DNA from: an uncultured Clostridia bacterium
GTDB lineage: Bacteria > Bacillota > Clostridia > Christensenellales > UBA1242
Assembly (NCBI GenBank): GCA_944362965.1
Contig: CALVTR010000002.1
Span: forward strand, 16,145 to 80,144
Length of the DNA stretch: 64,000 nt
Reading direction: 5' to 3'
Under the pieces are notes generated by a model, which saw nothing but the letters and a program-made list of their open reading frames with translations, did no database searches and was not told where the DNA came from. The position numbers and the translations under genes were made by a program. Of the stretch, positions 17,353-26,987 are shown piece by piece. The number at the start of each line of letters is the position of its first letter. The first letter of the stretch is position 1.

Positions 17353-19503
17353 CTATTCTTTTTCAATACCTTTCATTGTGAGAGATATTCTCTTCTTAGG
17401 AATGTCAACAGATAGAACTTTGACGTCTACCCTGTCGCCTACTTTCAACACTTCGCTTGGATGTTTGATATATGAATCTGAAATTTGGCTTATGTGAACA
17501 AGTCCATCTTGATGAACGCCAATGTCCACGAATGCACCGAAGTCGACTACGTTACGCACAACACCTGAGAACACCATGCCTTCTTTAAGGTCTTCAAGTG
17601 TGATTACGTCACTTCTTAAAACCGGTTTTGGCATGCTTTCACGAATGTCACGACCCGGTTTAAGTAGCTCGTTTGTGATATCATTGAGAGTTGGAACGCC
17701 TATTTCACATTCTTTTGCAACCTTATCTTCACCCTTCAATTTGATAAGATTTGGTAGGTTTGAAATGTTGCCATTTTTAACATCTTCCTCGCTCATATCA
17801 AAGAGTTTTAGAAGCTTTCTTGTGGCTTCGTAGCTTTCTGGGTGAACAGCGGTGTTATCAAGTATCTCTTCGCCGCCTACAACACGCAAGAAACCTGCAC
17901 ACTGCTCATAGGCTTTTGGACCTAGTTTTGACACCTTCAAAAGTTCTTCCCTATTCTTGAAGCCCTTTGCTTTTGCTCTATAATCAACTATATTCTTAGC
18001 TATAGACATATTAAGCCCTGAAACATAGCTTAAAAGTGATGGGCTTGCTGTGTTTAAGTCAACACCTACACTGTTAACGCAGTCTTCAACAACCCCTGTT
18101 AGCACTTCGGTTAGGCGGTTTTGTGGCATATCATGTTGATATTGACCTACACCTATTGATTTAACGTCAATTTTTATAAGCTCGGCAAGCGGGTCTTGAA
18201 GGCGTCTTGCAATAGAGACTGCTGACCTGAGCGAAACGTCATAGTCTGGGAACTCTTCAGCGCCGAGTTTTGATGCTGAGTAAACTGACGCACCTGCTTC
18301 GCTTACAACCGCATAGCTAACCGGACGTGATACGTGTTTGATAAGCTCGGCAACAAAAATTTCAGCTTCCTTAGAGGCTGTGCCATTGCCGATTGAAATG
18401 ATGTCAACTCTGTCTTTTTCTATAAGTTTTTTGAGCTTTTCAATAGACTCTTCGGTCTTTGATTGTGGTGGTGTTGGATAGACAACTGCTGTGTCTAGCA
18501 CATTGCCATTTGCATCAATAACTGCAATCTTGCAGCCTGTTCTATAAGCTGGGTCAAGCCCCATGATTACATTATTTTTAAGTGGTGCTTCCATAAGAAG
18601 TGGTTTAAGGTTGACTTCAAACATCTTGATTGCCTGCTCGTCTGCCCTATCGGTTAGATTGCTTCGACATTCACGCTCTAGGGCTGGGAACAAAAGTCTA
18701 TCATAGCTGTCTTGCAAGGTCTCTTCCATAAGTTTATCGGTGTCTGAGTTGTTCTTCTTGAAATACTTATAAATAACCTTCATAGTAAGCTCTGGATTTA
18801 TCTCAATTTCAACCTTTAAGCACTTTTCTTTTTCACCACGATTGATTGCAAGTATACGGTGGCTTGGAATGGTTTTAACTTCTTGTTTGAAGCCGTTATA
18901 CATCTCGTATGTTGGGCTGTTCTCGTTCTCAACAAGTTCGCACTTTATAAATGCCTTGTTCTCAAGTAGCTCACGAAGCTCTTTGCGGAGCTCTGCATTG
19001 TCTGACACTCTTTCTGCGACAATATCTTTTGCACCTTGAATTGCATCTTCTACTGTTGGCACTTCTTCTGTGATATATTTTTCAGCTTCCTTTAAAATTT
19101 CGTATGACTTAGACTGAGCTTGCAAAATATCAGCAAGTCCTTCAAGACCTTTTGCAATAGCAACTGATGCCCTAGTTTTACGCTTTGGCTTATATGGTCT
19201 ATAAATATCTTCAACTTCTGTTAAGGTTTTAGCATTCTCGAGAGCTGTTTTTATCTCGTCAGTCCACTTGCCTTGCTCGGTTATAGCCTTCTCAACCTTT
19301 GCTTTTTCATCGTTTAAGTTTCTTAAATATTTAAGTCTATCGGCAAAAGCTCTTAGGGTTTGATCGTCGCAAGTGCCGTGCATTTCCTTTCTATAACGTG
19401 CTATGAATGGTATTGTGCAACCTTCATCAAGAAGGTTTATGATGTTTTGTGAATACTCCTGTTTTAAGCCAAATTCTTGGGCAAGAGTGGTTGTGATGTC
19501 CAT
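17353..19503 (-). CDS. tex: transcription accessory protein Tex (YqgF/HHH/S1 domains)
   Basis: 716 aa. N-terminal TIPFIARYRKE motif and C-terminal S1 domain (GMVFSGVVRNVVDFGAFVDIG..DGLVHISQ). Confidence 0.9.
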   Translation of the reverse strand: MDITTTLAQEFGLKQEYSQNIINLLDEGCTIPFIARYRKEMHGTCDDQTLRAFADRLKYLRNLNDEKAKVEKAITEQGKWTDEIKTALENAKTLTEVEDIYRPYKPKRKTRASVAIAKGLEGLADILQAQSKSYEILKEAEKYITEEVPTVEDAIQGAKDIVAERVSDNAELRKELRELLENKAFIKCELVENENSPTYEMYNGFKQEVKTIPSHRILAINRGEKEKCLKVEIEINPELTMKVIYKYFKKNNSDTDKLMEETLQDSYDRLLFPALERECRSNLTDRADEQAIKMFEVNLKPLLMEAPLKNNVIMGLDPAYRTGCKIAVIDANGNVLDTAVVYPTPPQSKTEESIEKLKKLIEKDRVDIISIGNGTASKEAEIFVAELIKHVSRPVSYAVVSEAGASVYSASKLGAEEFPDYDVSLRSAVSIARRLQDPLAELIKIDVKSIGVGQYQHDMPQNRLTEVLTGVVEDCVNSVGVDLNTASPSLLSYVSGLNMSIAKNIVDYRAKAKGFKNREELLKVSKLGPKAYEQCAGFLRVVGGEEILDNTAVHPESYEATRKLLKLFDMSEEDVKNGNISNLPNLIKLKGEDKVAKECEIGVPTLNDITNELLKPGRDIRESMPKPVLRSDVITLEDLKEGMVFSGVVRNVVDFGAFVDIGVHQDGLVHISQISDSYIKHPSEVLKVGDRVDVKVLSVDIPKKRISLTMKGIEKE

Positions 19504-20462
19504 TAAATTTTCTCCTTTATCTTCTTTATTATTTCTATTACTTTTTCTCGCAGTGGCGAAAAGCCATCGTCTGCAATAAACACCTTCTTATCAAATATGT
19601 TGGAAAGTGGCTCTAAAGAGCTTATTTCGACTTCAATATTGTTCTCTCCTTGCAAGCAACATATTGCGTCTAATAGCAACTTATCATCTATCAAAGAGTC
19701 GTCATGCATAAGATTTGAAGTGTTCAATTTTGCAAGTTTGCCTTCTGCAAGCATATCAATATTATAGCATTTTCCGCTTGAAAAACAAAATTTTAAATCG
19801 TTATAAATGAAATTATATAAATTTATTGCTCCTTTTCCTTCTTCGCCATCGCTGATAGGCGAAAAAATGCAGGTCTCTTCATATTGCTTGATAAGTTTTT
19901 GGTCGTCTTTATCAATAAAGTTTAGTCCATAGAGATAGCACTTTCTATCAAGAAAGCCATAGCTTTCAAGTAGTTCCATAGGTGAGCATTTGTTCATATT
20001 TGCAACCCTGCCAAGCTCTTCTAGTGTCTGCCCTACTTTAAATAAAAGCGGAGTATCAGTCCTTGCTGAGAAGTCTGCAATATCGTTTAAAAAACTTTGA
20101 TTTACGTCTGCTAGGCTTTCTATCTCTAAGATAACGCGGTCGCCGACTAATGCAGATGTTGGCATTGAACCATAAAGGCTAGCATCAACTATCTCTTTGC
20201 CAAGCAGTCCATATTTTTCTAGTGAATTTGTGCCATAAGAAAAGGAAGGAACTTTGATGAAAAGCTCTTTTACCCCCGCCATTTTATTTTTTAAAACCGC
20301 ATAATCTATAAGAGTGGCTAGGTCTTCGTTTGAGAGCTCTTTCAAAATTTTTTGATATAAATCTTGGTCTAAAGTGAAAAACTCGCCAAGAGCTGAATAG
20401 AGCCCATCACAATAAAAGTTTGAAAAGCCGCTTAGCAATACCTTATTTTCCTGTCTTTGCAT
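19503..20462 (-). CDS. amidohydrolase-fold-like protein lacking metal ligands (tentative)
   Basis: 319 aa. The stop shares a base with the tex start (TAATG). Weak resemblance to MtaD-type amidohydrolases. See findings. Confidence 0.4.
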   Translation of the reverse strand: MQRQENKVLLSGFSNFYCDGLYSALGEFFTLDQDLYQKILKELSNEDLATLIDYAVLKNKMAGVKELFIKVPSFSYGTNSLEKYGLLGKEIVDASLYGSMPTSALVGDRVILEIESLADVNQSFLNDIADFSARTDTPLLFKVGQTLEELGRVANMNKCSPMELLESYGFLDRKCYLYGLNFIDKDDQKLIKQYEETCIFSPISDGEEGKGAINLYNFIYNDLKFCFSSGKCYNIDMLAEGKLAKLNTSNLMHDDSLIDDKLLLDAICCLQGENNIEVEISSLEPLSNIFDKKVFIADDGFSPLREKVIEIIKKIKEKI

Positions 20463-20511
20463 AAAACCTCTAATTTTTACCTATTATACAATAAATGGAG
20501 ATTTTTAGCAA

Positions 20512-21702
20512 ATGAAAGAAAGAGTTATTTTGCATTCTGACGTAAATAATTTCTTTGCTTCGGTGGAGTGTGTGACGCGGCCTGAGCTTAAAGATAAGCC
20601 TGTTGCTGTGACCGGAAATCCTGAGAAGCGAAACGGCATTATTCTTGCTAAAAATGAAATTGCAAAAAGCTATGGCGTTAAAACCGCACAAACCATTGGT
20701 GAAGCAAAGGCGATATGCCCTGAGCTTGTCTGTTTACCGCCGCATTATGACGTTTATGAAGAGATAAGTATGCAGCTGCATAGCATATACCTTGATTACA
20801 CAAATTTTGTTGAGCCACTTGGGCTTGATGAGTGCTGGCTGGACGTGACTGATAGCCTTAAATACCTTAAAATGACCGGAAAGCAGATTGCTGACGAGCT
20901 AAGGAAAAAGGTTAAAGACAAGTTTGGCTTTACTGTGTCGGTTGGTGTGTCATTTTCAAAAATATTTGCAAAACTTGGCTCAGATATGCGTAAACCTGAC
21001 TTTACAACCGAGATACCTAAAAGTAAATTTAAAGAGATAACCTACCCACTGCCACTTAACTCTATCGTTGGAATTGGAAGGCGGCTTGAAAAGAAATTTG
21101 CGTCCATTGACGTTAGCACCATTGGCGATTTTGTTAAGCTTGATGATGAATATCTTGACGGGCTTATGGGAATTACTGGGCTTAGGCTTAAACAAGACCT
21201 TTTGGGAGAGCGGCAAGAGCCTGTGGCTGACTATTACACCCTCCCGCCGCCTAAAAGTATAGGAAACGGAACAACAACGCTGAAAGATATTGTGACGAGA
21301 GAGGACGTCAAAAAAGTTGTCTATTTTCTTGCTGAAAAGGTGTCTTATAGGCTTATAAAGCACAAAGTTAAGGCTGGAGTTTTATCTATAACTTTAAAAG
21401 ACAAAGACCTTAAAACCTATCACAAAAGTCAAAAAATTGTGCCAACAAATAAAATTGACAACATTGCAAAGGGCTGCATGGCACTTACTGATAAGATATG
21501 GAAGTATAATTACCCGCTGCGTGCTGTTCGCATAAAAGGCTCAATGCTGACAAGTGCAAATGTGTGGCAGATAAGCATGTTTGACGATGTTAAACCTGAT
21601 ATTTCGGAGACTTTGAAGTTTATCAATGACAAATATGGAAAGATTGAGCTTGCATCAAGCATGGCTGACTTTATAAATAAAAATTCTCATCCGCAAGAGT
21701 GA
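20512..21702 (+). CDS. dinB: DNA polymerase IV (Y-family)
   Basis: ILHSDVNNFFASVE N-terminal motif. LGLDECWLDVT. Confidence 0.85.
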   Translation: MKERVILHSDVNNFFASVECVTRPELKDKPVAVTGNPEKRNGIILAKNEIAKSYGVKTAQTIGEAKAICPELVCLPPHYDVYEEISMQLHSIYLDYTNFVEPLGLDECWLDVTDSLKYLKMTGKQIADELRKKVKDKFGFTVSVGVSFSKIFAKLGSDMRKPDFTTEIPKSKFKEITYPLPLNSIVGIGRRLEKKFASIDVSTIGDFVKLDDEYLDGLMGITGLRLKQDLLGERQEPVADYYTLPPPKSIGNGTTTLKDIVTREDVKKVVYFLAEKVSYRLIKHKVKAGVLSITLKDKDLKTYHKSQKIVPTNKIDNIAKGCMALTDKIWKYNYPLRAVRIKGSMLTSANVWQISMFDDVKPDISETLKFINDKYGKIELASSMADFINKNSHPQE

Positions 21703-21957
21703 AAAACAAAAAAAATGTGGATTTATGTTAAAATATATGAAAAAACATTGAAAACTTCGCAAAATTACAAAATTTGGCAAAGATTTTTATTATTATTTCA
21801 TTTTTATTTTGAATTTGCGTCAATTTGTAATATACTTAGAATAGTTAAAGAATTTTAACTGAAAACAAATTGTATTATAAAAATATCTAAAAATTGTAAA
21901 TTAATTCTATTGAATTGAAATATATATAAATAATAGTAAAAATTATAGGAGAATATT

Positions 21958-22785
21958 ATGAAATATCAAATTTTGGTTGATAGCGCTTCTGACCTTTTGA
22001 GCGACTATGTTAAGGATGAAAATATTGGATTTAAAGTTATACCACTCACAATCAACGTAAACGACAAGGAATATGTTGACAACGACAAGCTTAATGTTGC
22101 TGCAATGCTTGAAGATATGCATCAGTCAAAGAAAAACTCTTCAGCTTGCCCTGCCCCAGAATCTTTTTTGCAGGAGTTTGACAATGCTGAATATACTTTT
22201 ATCGTGACTATCACTTCTAAACTTTCTGGCTGCTATAATGCTGCTTGTGTGGCTAAGCAATCTTATTCTAAACCTGAAAATATTCATGTTATAGATTCAA
22301 AACAAGTTAGCGGAACAGAAATACTTCTTGTTGACAAACTTGTTGAGCTTATTAAGCAAGACCTTTCTTTTGAAGAGATCAAAAAAGCTATTGACGAATA
22401 TAGAGATAAGAAAAGCCTTTACTTTATCTTACAAAAGTTTGATAACCTTGTGAACAATGGAAGAATGAGTAAAATTGCAGGGCTTATTGCAAGCAAACTT
22501 GTAATCCGCCCTATTTGCGTAGCTCATGAAGGTGAAATCAAAATGGCTAAAAAGATTATTGGAATCAAAAATGCCTTTGCAAAACTTGTGCAAATGATCT
22601 CGGAAAAAGCAAAAGACTTCTCTAAAGAAACAATTATCATCACACACTGCTTTGCTGAAGACGAGGCAAACATTATCAAATCTGACCTTGAAAAGAAATG
22701 CAATTTTAAAGAGATAAGAATCCTTCCAATGCGTGGGCTATGCTCTTACTACGCCCTTGAGAAAGGTGTGATTATCTGCCATTAA
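21958..22785 (+). CDS. DegV family fatty-acid-binding protein
   Basis: MKYQILVDSASDL start. 275 aa, typical DegV layout. Confidence 0.8.
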   Translation: MKYQILVDSASDLLSDYVKDENIGFKVIPLTINVNDKEYVDNDKLNVAAMLEDMHQSKKNSSACPAPESFLQEFDNAEYTFIVTITSKLSGCYNAACVAKQSYSKPENIHVIDSKQVSGTEILLVDKLVELIKQDLSFEEIKKAIDEYRDKKSLYFILQKFDNLVNNGRMSKIAGLIASKLVIRPICVAHEGEIKMAKKIIGIKNAFAKLVQMISEKAKDFSKETIIITHCFAEDEANIIKSDLEKKCNFKEIRILPMRGLCSYYALEKGVIICH

Positions 22786-22792
22786 AATAAAA

Positions 22793-22841
22793 GTAGGAAT
22801 TATTGAAAAGTTTTTATTTTTCATGTATTCCTACCTTTTTT
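22793..22841. terminator. bidirectional terminator (long interrupted hairpin)
   Basis: GTAGGAAT...ATTCCTAC with inner TGAAAA/TTTTCA pairing. T-runs on both strands, between convergent genes. Confidence 0.6.
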
Positions 22842-22849
22842 ATAAAGTT

Positions 22850-23725
22850 TTATGATCTGAGACTTATATCTATCGTGCAATTTTCAGTGATATTTATGAT
22901 AGCATAATAGTAAACATATGTAGTGTGTGCATCAGCACTATCTATAATTTCATTATCTATATATAAAATCACTCTTCCTGTATGAATATCTATCACAGAC
23001 TCAAAGCCATAAAAGGTATTTTCAGATGACCAATCAATTTCGTTAACATAAGATTCAAAGTTAGTAGGACCATTATTATATACTATAACACAAATCTTAG
23101 TATTTATTGGAACTGAAATCGTCGTATCTATAGGATTGCTAGAACTAGCACCTGTTTCTATTATTTCAGTATTTCCTTCACCAATTATATAAGCATCAAG
23201 CATATCACCTTGCAAGGTCACTTGAATGCCGGGATCTACATATTCTATAAAGCTTAGTGCTATGTCATCTAAAGTGACACTTGTTGTGCCTGTGTAGGTT
23301 ATAGTTAAGGTTATTGTGCCGGAGATTGTCGGCGTTGTGGCTACGTCTTCTACTGGGGTCGAATTGCCTGTGATTATGCCTGAAATTTCTAGACTTGCGT
23401 TTTGCAAAACTCTATCACAGGTTGCGGTGTAATCCGTTTCTGTGGTGTTTATCATATCTATTTCTATTGCGACAACACCTGAAGTGCTTTCTATGTTGCC
23501 TAAGTTTAAATCTAAGGTTGAATTTATATATCCTGGCATAAAGTTTTCTATTGTCTCTGATTGCAAGCGTATATCTTTAACATAGAGCGTGGTGTCTTCT
23601 ATATTAAAGTTTACTACCCCTTTTAGATTTATCGTTTGGCTTGCTGCATACACTCCAACTAGCAACATAGATAGCATCAACACAAAAGCTGATATTGCTG
23701 AAAATAATTTTACTTTTAGTGACAT
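22850..23725 (-). CDS. secreted/surface protein, unknown function
   Basis: 291 aa from MSLKVKLFSAISAFVLMLSMLLVGVYA (signal peptide; AAAGGAG SD). Thr/Ile-rich beta-like sequence. Shares a TLTIT...L.DI...I.EY..P segment with the 62557-64000 protein. Confidence 0.7.
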   Translation of the reverse strand: MSLKVKLFSAISAFVLMLSMLLVGVYAASQTINLKGVVNFNIEDTTLYVKDIRLQSETIENFMPGYINSTLDLNLGNIESTSGVVAIEIDMINTTETDYTATCDRVLQNASLEISGIITGNSTPVEDVATTPTISGTITLTITYTGTTSVTLDDIALSFIEYVDPGIQVTLQGDMLDAYIIGEGNTEIIETGASSSNPIDTTISVPINTKICVIVYNNGPTNFESYVNEIDWSSENTFYGFESVIDIHTGRVILYIDNEIIDSADAHTTYVYYYAIINITENCTIDISLRS

Positions 23726-23754
23726 ATTATAAACTCCTTTTTCTTGATTTTTAC

Positions 23755-23871
23755 GAGTGGCTTTGCCGCGAGAAGGCACAAAAGGCTGACGAGCCTTTTA
23801 GAAGGCAAAGACTTTTGCCTTCTTGTGCATTTTTCCCAAAATGCACATGCCTTCTCGCGGTAAAGCCGCTC
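23755..23871. other. closed four-way-junction structured element, copy B
   Basis: 24-bp closing stem (23755-23778 / 23848-23871, two G-T pairs) around hairpins 23780-23799, 23800-23823 and 23824-23847 (8, 10 and 10 bp; loops GACG, GACT, TCCC). An extra hairpin lies at 23874-23895. Confidence 0.7.
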
Positions 23872-23906
23872 GCGATAGACGCTGACGCGTCTATCTTTAT
23901 GCTATT

Positions 23907-23934
23907 AGTATACCCCCCCCGCAAACCACGTCAA
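23907..23934 (-). promoter_or_regulatory. sigma-A-type promoter (TTGACG-16-TATACT) whose spacer contains a G8/C8 homopolymer
   Basis: -35 at 23929-23934, -10 at 23907-23912, C8 tract at 23913-23920 abutting the -10. Confidence 0.55.
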
Positions 23935-24061
23935 GCAAATTTAACAAATTTTTTAAATTTTTTTAAAATTTTTTTGTTTTTGGAGATTTTTATACAATAA
24001 TGCCCAGTTTACTTGACCTAAGTTGGTCACATTTTTCGTATTTTGAGATTTTTTATGCATC

Positions 24062-24093
24062 AAAAAAGCGTTAGCGGATGCTAACGTTTTTTT
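24062..24093. terminator. bidirectional intrinsic terminator
   Basis: AAGCGTTAGC-GGAT-GCTAACGTTT stem flanked by A6 and T7. Downstream of the M55 peptidase gene. Confidence 0.75.
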
Positions 24094-24209
24094 GAATTTA
24101 AGAAAGATAAGTGATGAGTGTTTCTATAGAACACAAGAATAATTATCTATACATTATTCTTTTGGTTTTTCTTCTGTTGTAGCTACATTGATTTGGTCTT
24201 GTAGAGAAA

Positions 24210-25001
24210 TTATATACATAAATTGATTATATGTAGGAACTCATCAAGGTCTTTTGCTTTAAATTTAACTGTTTTTCCTTCTAAAATGGAGTTCGGATAA
24301 TTTGCTGCCTTTTTTGCATAAAAATATTTGGCATATTCTATTTCTAAGTCAAATTTACTTGGGCGATAAATCAATTTTTCTTTTATCTCTTCAAAATTAG
24401 ATAAAGCTTGGGTGAGTGCCTTTTTTATTTCTCCATTTACTTTTTGTGGCGATTTGCAGATATAAGATGTGTTTGACAGTTTTTTAGTTATAACACCTAC
24501 TAAATCTGGCAGGCAAGATAAAGCCTCTTCTACTGCTTTTTCGTCACCTGAAATAAAAATAATCGGAATATTATATTTCGCTGCGTTTAATAATGCTAAA
24601 GTTTTTTCACCTATTCTTTTGCCATTTAGTCTTATTTCAAATACTATATCATCACTTATTGTGTGTGAAAGCGGATAAGTTATCTCTCCGCCAGCCGCAT
24701 GATATCCTTCTAAAATTAAGGCATCAAAAGATGAATCTAAACCTGTTAAATTCCTTCCGTCGTCTCCCCTTATAATGTTGCAATAATCTGGTAAATTTTC
24801 AAGCAATATGTTTGTTTCAGTCCAGTGACCATCCTTAATACAAATGTCGTCGAATTTTGTTTTTGCTATTTCGCAAATACCTATAACTTCTTTCGTCATT
24901 ATCTCTCTAAACTGAGCATATTCACTTTTTTCCTGGTTCACTTCGTCCCAAGTCACATTGCCTGCGGTCCCTTCCATATCACATGCTATATACAATTTCA
25001 T
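24210..25001 (-). CDS. M55 family metallopeptidase (DppA-like D-aminopeptidase)
   Basis: MKLYIACDMEGTAGNV N-terminus typical of peptidase M55. Overlaps the trxB stop by 4 nt. Confidence 0.7.
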   Translation of the reverse strand: MKLYIACDMEGTAGNVTWDEVNQEKSEYAQFREIMTKEVIGICEIAKTKFDDICIKDGHWTETNILLENLPDYCNIIRGDDGRNLTGLDSSFDALILEGYHAAGGEITYPLSHTISDDIVFEIRLNGKRIGEKTLALLNAAKYNIPIIFISGDEKAVEEALSCLPDLVGVITKKLSNTSYICKSPQKVNGEIKKALTQALSNFEEIKEKLIYRPSKFDLEIEYAKYFYAKKAANYPNSILEGKTVKFKAKDLDEFLHIINLCI

Positions 25002-25948
25002 GTTTTCTCTCCCTTTAATTTCAAAATATACTTATTGGCTTCGGTGCCGGCGATTGCACCTTCGCCTACCGCAGTGGCAATCTGTTTTATCATATTTTCT
25101 CGCACATCTCCGCAAGCAAAGACGCCTTCCACGCTTGTTTGCATTCTATCATTTGTGATGATATAGCCATTTGGATTGAGCGAGAGTTTATCTTTTAAAA
25201 TTTCGGTGTCTGGTTTTCTGCCGATAGCCACAAAAACGGCATCAACATTAAGAGATTTTTCTTGCCCGTTGAGCGTATAGGTAAGCTTTTCGAGCTTATC
25301 ATTTCCTTCAATATTCTTTGATAGAGCGTTCTTTAAAATCTCAACATTCTTCTTTTCTTGTAGGTCATTTTCTGTATAATTATGCAATTTTAAATAGCTT
25401 TTGGTGAGCACATAGACCTTATTACAAATGTTTGAAAGATACATTGCGTCTGAAAAAGCTGAGTCCCCAGAGCCGACAACTGCAACGTCTTTGTCCTTAA
25501 AAAAGTTGCCGTCACAAAGAGCACAATAACTTACGCCCCTGCCTAAAAATTGTTTTTCGCCGTCAATTTGAAGTTCTCTTGGGTGACTGCCAAGAGCCAA
25601 GATTACCGCCCTTGTTTTGTAGGTATGATTTTTGCAAACAACTTCCTTGACAGTGCCATCTAGTTTATAATCAACCACTTCTTCAAGTTTAACTAGAATA
25701 TCTAGGCTTTTTGCATGGGTTTTAAACTTATCAGCAAGCTCGTTTCCGCTGATTTTAGGAAAGCCAGCATAGTTTTCAATCTCGCCAATAAGGTTAAGTT
25801 GACCGCCTACAAAGACTTTTTCAAGCACCAAGACATCTCGCCCTGCACGTTTTGCATAGATAGCTGCAGAGATGCCTGCAGCCCCACCGCCAACTATGAT
25901 AATATCATAAATTTTATCATCATTTTTTATGATTTCGTCATTATTCAT
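24998..25948 (-). CDS. trxB: thioredoxin-disulfide reductase
   Basis: DIIIVGGGAAGISAAIYA FAD fold, redox CALC (CxxC) motif, second GSGDSA NADPH fold. Confidence 0.85.
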   Translation of the reverse strand: MNNDEIIKNDDKIYDIIIVGGGAAGISAAIYAKRAGRDVLVLEKVFVGGQLNLIGEIENYAGFPKISGNELADKFKTHAKSLDILVKLEEVVDYKLDGTVKEVVCKNHTYKTRAVILALGSHPRELQIDGEKQFLGRGVSYCALCDGNFFKDKDVAVVGSGDSAFSDAMYLSNICNKVYVLTKSYLKLHNYTENDLQEKKNVEILKNALSKNIEGNDKLEKLTYTLNGQEKSLNVDAVFVAIGRKPDTEILKDKLSLNPNGYIITNDRMQTSVEGVFACGDVRENMIKQIATAVGEGAIAGTEANKYILKLKGEKT

Positions 25949-25968
25949 TTTAATCTCCTACCATATAT

Positions 25969-25997
25969 CATACTAAAAAAGAGAACTTATTGTAAAG
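25969..25997 (-). promoter_or_regulatory. sigma-A-type promoter of trxB (TTACAA-17-TATGAT)
   Basis: -35 at 25992-25997, -10 at 25969-25974. Confidence 0.5.
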
Positions 25998-26093
25998 CGA
26001 TTTATTAAGATTTAAACACAAAAATTTGACGAATTTTTAGTTATGTTTTTATACTTTTTTATCCTATATAAATAGTTTTTATCAATTTTATAA

Positions 26094-26127
26094 CATAAAA
26101 GAAGACAACTTGCATAGTTGTCTTCTT
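26094..26127 (-). terminator. intrinsic terminator after rpsI
   Basis: AAGAAGACAACT/AGTTGTCTTCTT 12-bp stem, then TTTTAT on the minus strand. Confidence 0.75.
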
Positions 26128-26133
26128 GAATAA

Positions 26134-26544
26134 TTATCTCTTTGAGAATTGAGAAGCTTTGCGGGCTTTCTTTAAGCCATACTTCTTTCTTTCCTTCATT
26201 CTTGGGTCACGAGTGAGAAGTCCTGCTTCTTTAAGTTCTTTCTTATACATTTCGTCAGCTTTTACAAGAGCTCTTGCAATGCCGTGACTGATTGCACCAG
26301 CTTGACCTGCAACCCCACCGCCAACTACTTTTACGATAACGTCGTATTTATCACCTGAATTTGTGATATCAAATGGACGACGAGCAACTAAGAGAAGAGT
26401 GTCTCTTTGAAGATACTCACCCATGTCTCTTCCATTAACAGTCCATTTGCCATTTCCTGGGAATAATCTTACTCTTGCGATTGATTTTTTTCTTCTTCCA
26501 GTTGAGATAACTTGACTTGTCTTATTAACTTTCTTCTCTGCCAT
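26134..26544 (-). CDS. rpsI: 30S ribosomal protein S9
   Basis: C-terminal ...[25 protein letters not shown] signature. Confidence 0.95.
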   Translation of the reverse strand: MAEKKVNKTSQVISTGRRKKSIARVRLFPGNGKWTVNGRDMGEYLQRDTLLLVARRPFDITNSGDKYDVIVKVVGGGVAGQAGAISHGIARALVKADEMYKKELKEAGLLTRDPRMKERKKYGLKKARKASQFSKR

Positions 26545-26987
26545 TAGTCTCTAACTCCTTTTATTTCAACTTTCTCAGGTTTTTGAGCTTGCTCTCTATA
26601 TTCAGCATCCTTATAAACATGAAGTCTTGTGAATTGTTTTCTTCCAAGGCTTGTTTTTGGAAGCATGCCTTTTACAGCAAGTTCTATTGCCTTTCTTGAA
26701 TCTCTTTGCATAAGGGTGCCATAGTTCTCTTCCTTAAGACCACCGATATAGCCTGTGTGCCATCTGTGTTTCTTGTCTGTAAGTTTGTTGCCTGTGAGAA
26801 CAACCTTATCTGAGTTGATAACTACTACAAAGTCTCCGCAATCTACATGAGGAGTATAAATTGTTTTGTTCTTTCCTGTTAAGATATCTGCAACTTGGCT
26901 TGCAACACGACCGAGTGAAACGTTTGCAGCATCTACTAAAAGCCATTTTCTTTCAACTTCTGCTGGCTTTGCCATATATGTTTTCAT
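26544..26987 (-). CDS. rplM: 50S ribosomal protein L13
   Basis: [15 protein letters not shown]... Start at the ATG 6 nt after GGAGG (the track adds a GTG codon). Confidence 0.95.
   Translation of the reverse strand: MKTYMAKPAEVERKWLLVDAANVSLGRVASQVADILTGKNKTIYTPHVDCGDFVVVINSDKVVLTGNKLTDKKHRWHTGYIGGLKEENYGTLMQRDSRKAIELAVKGMLPKTSLGRKQFTRLHVYKDAEYREQAQKPEKVEIKGVRD

Noticed and set aside
23695-24000. 101-aa + strand ORF spanning structured element B and the C8 tract.
   Set aside because: No SD. It runs through the start of the opposite-strand gene and through palindromic non-coding DNA. The open frame is a by-product of the hairpins.
24062-24093. The terminator stem CGTTAGC/GCTAACG is identical to the tRNA-Thr acceptor stem. 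Wondered about a tRNA-derived element.
   Set aside because: Only 7 bp are shared, no other tRNA features are present, and the flanking A- and T-runs make it an ordinary bidirectional terminator. It is probably coincidence.
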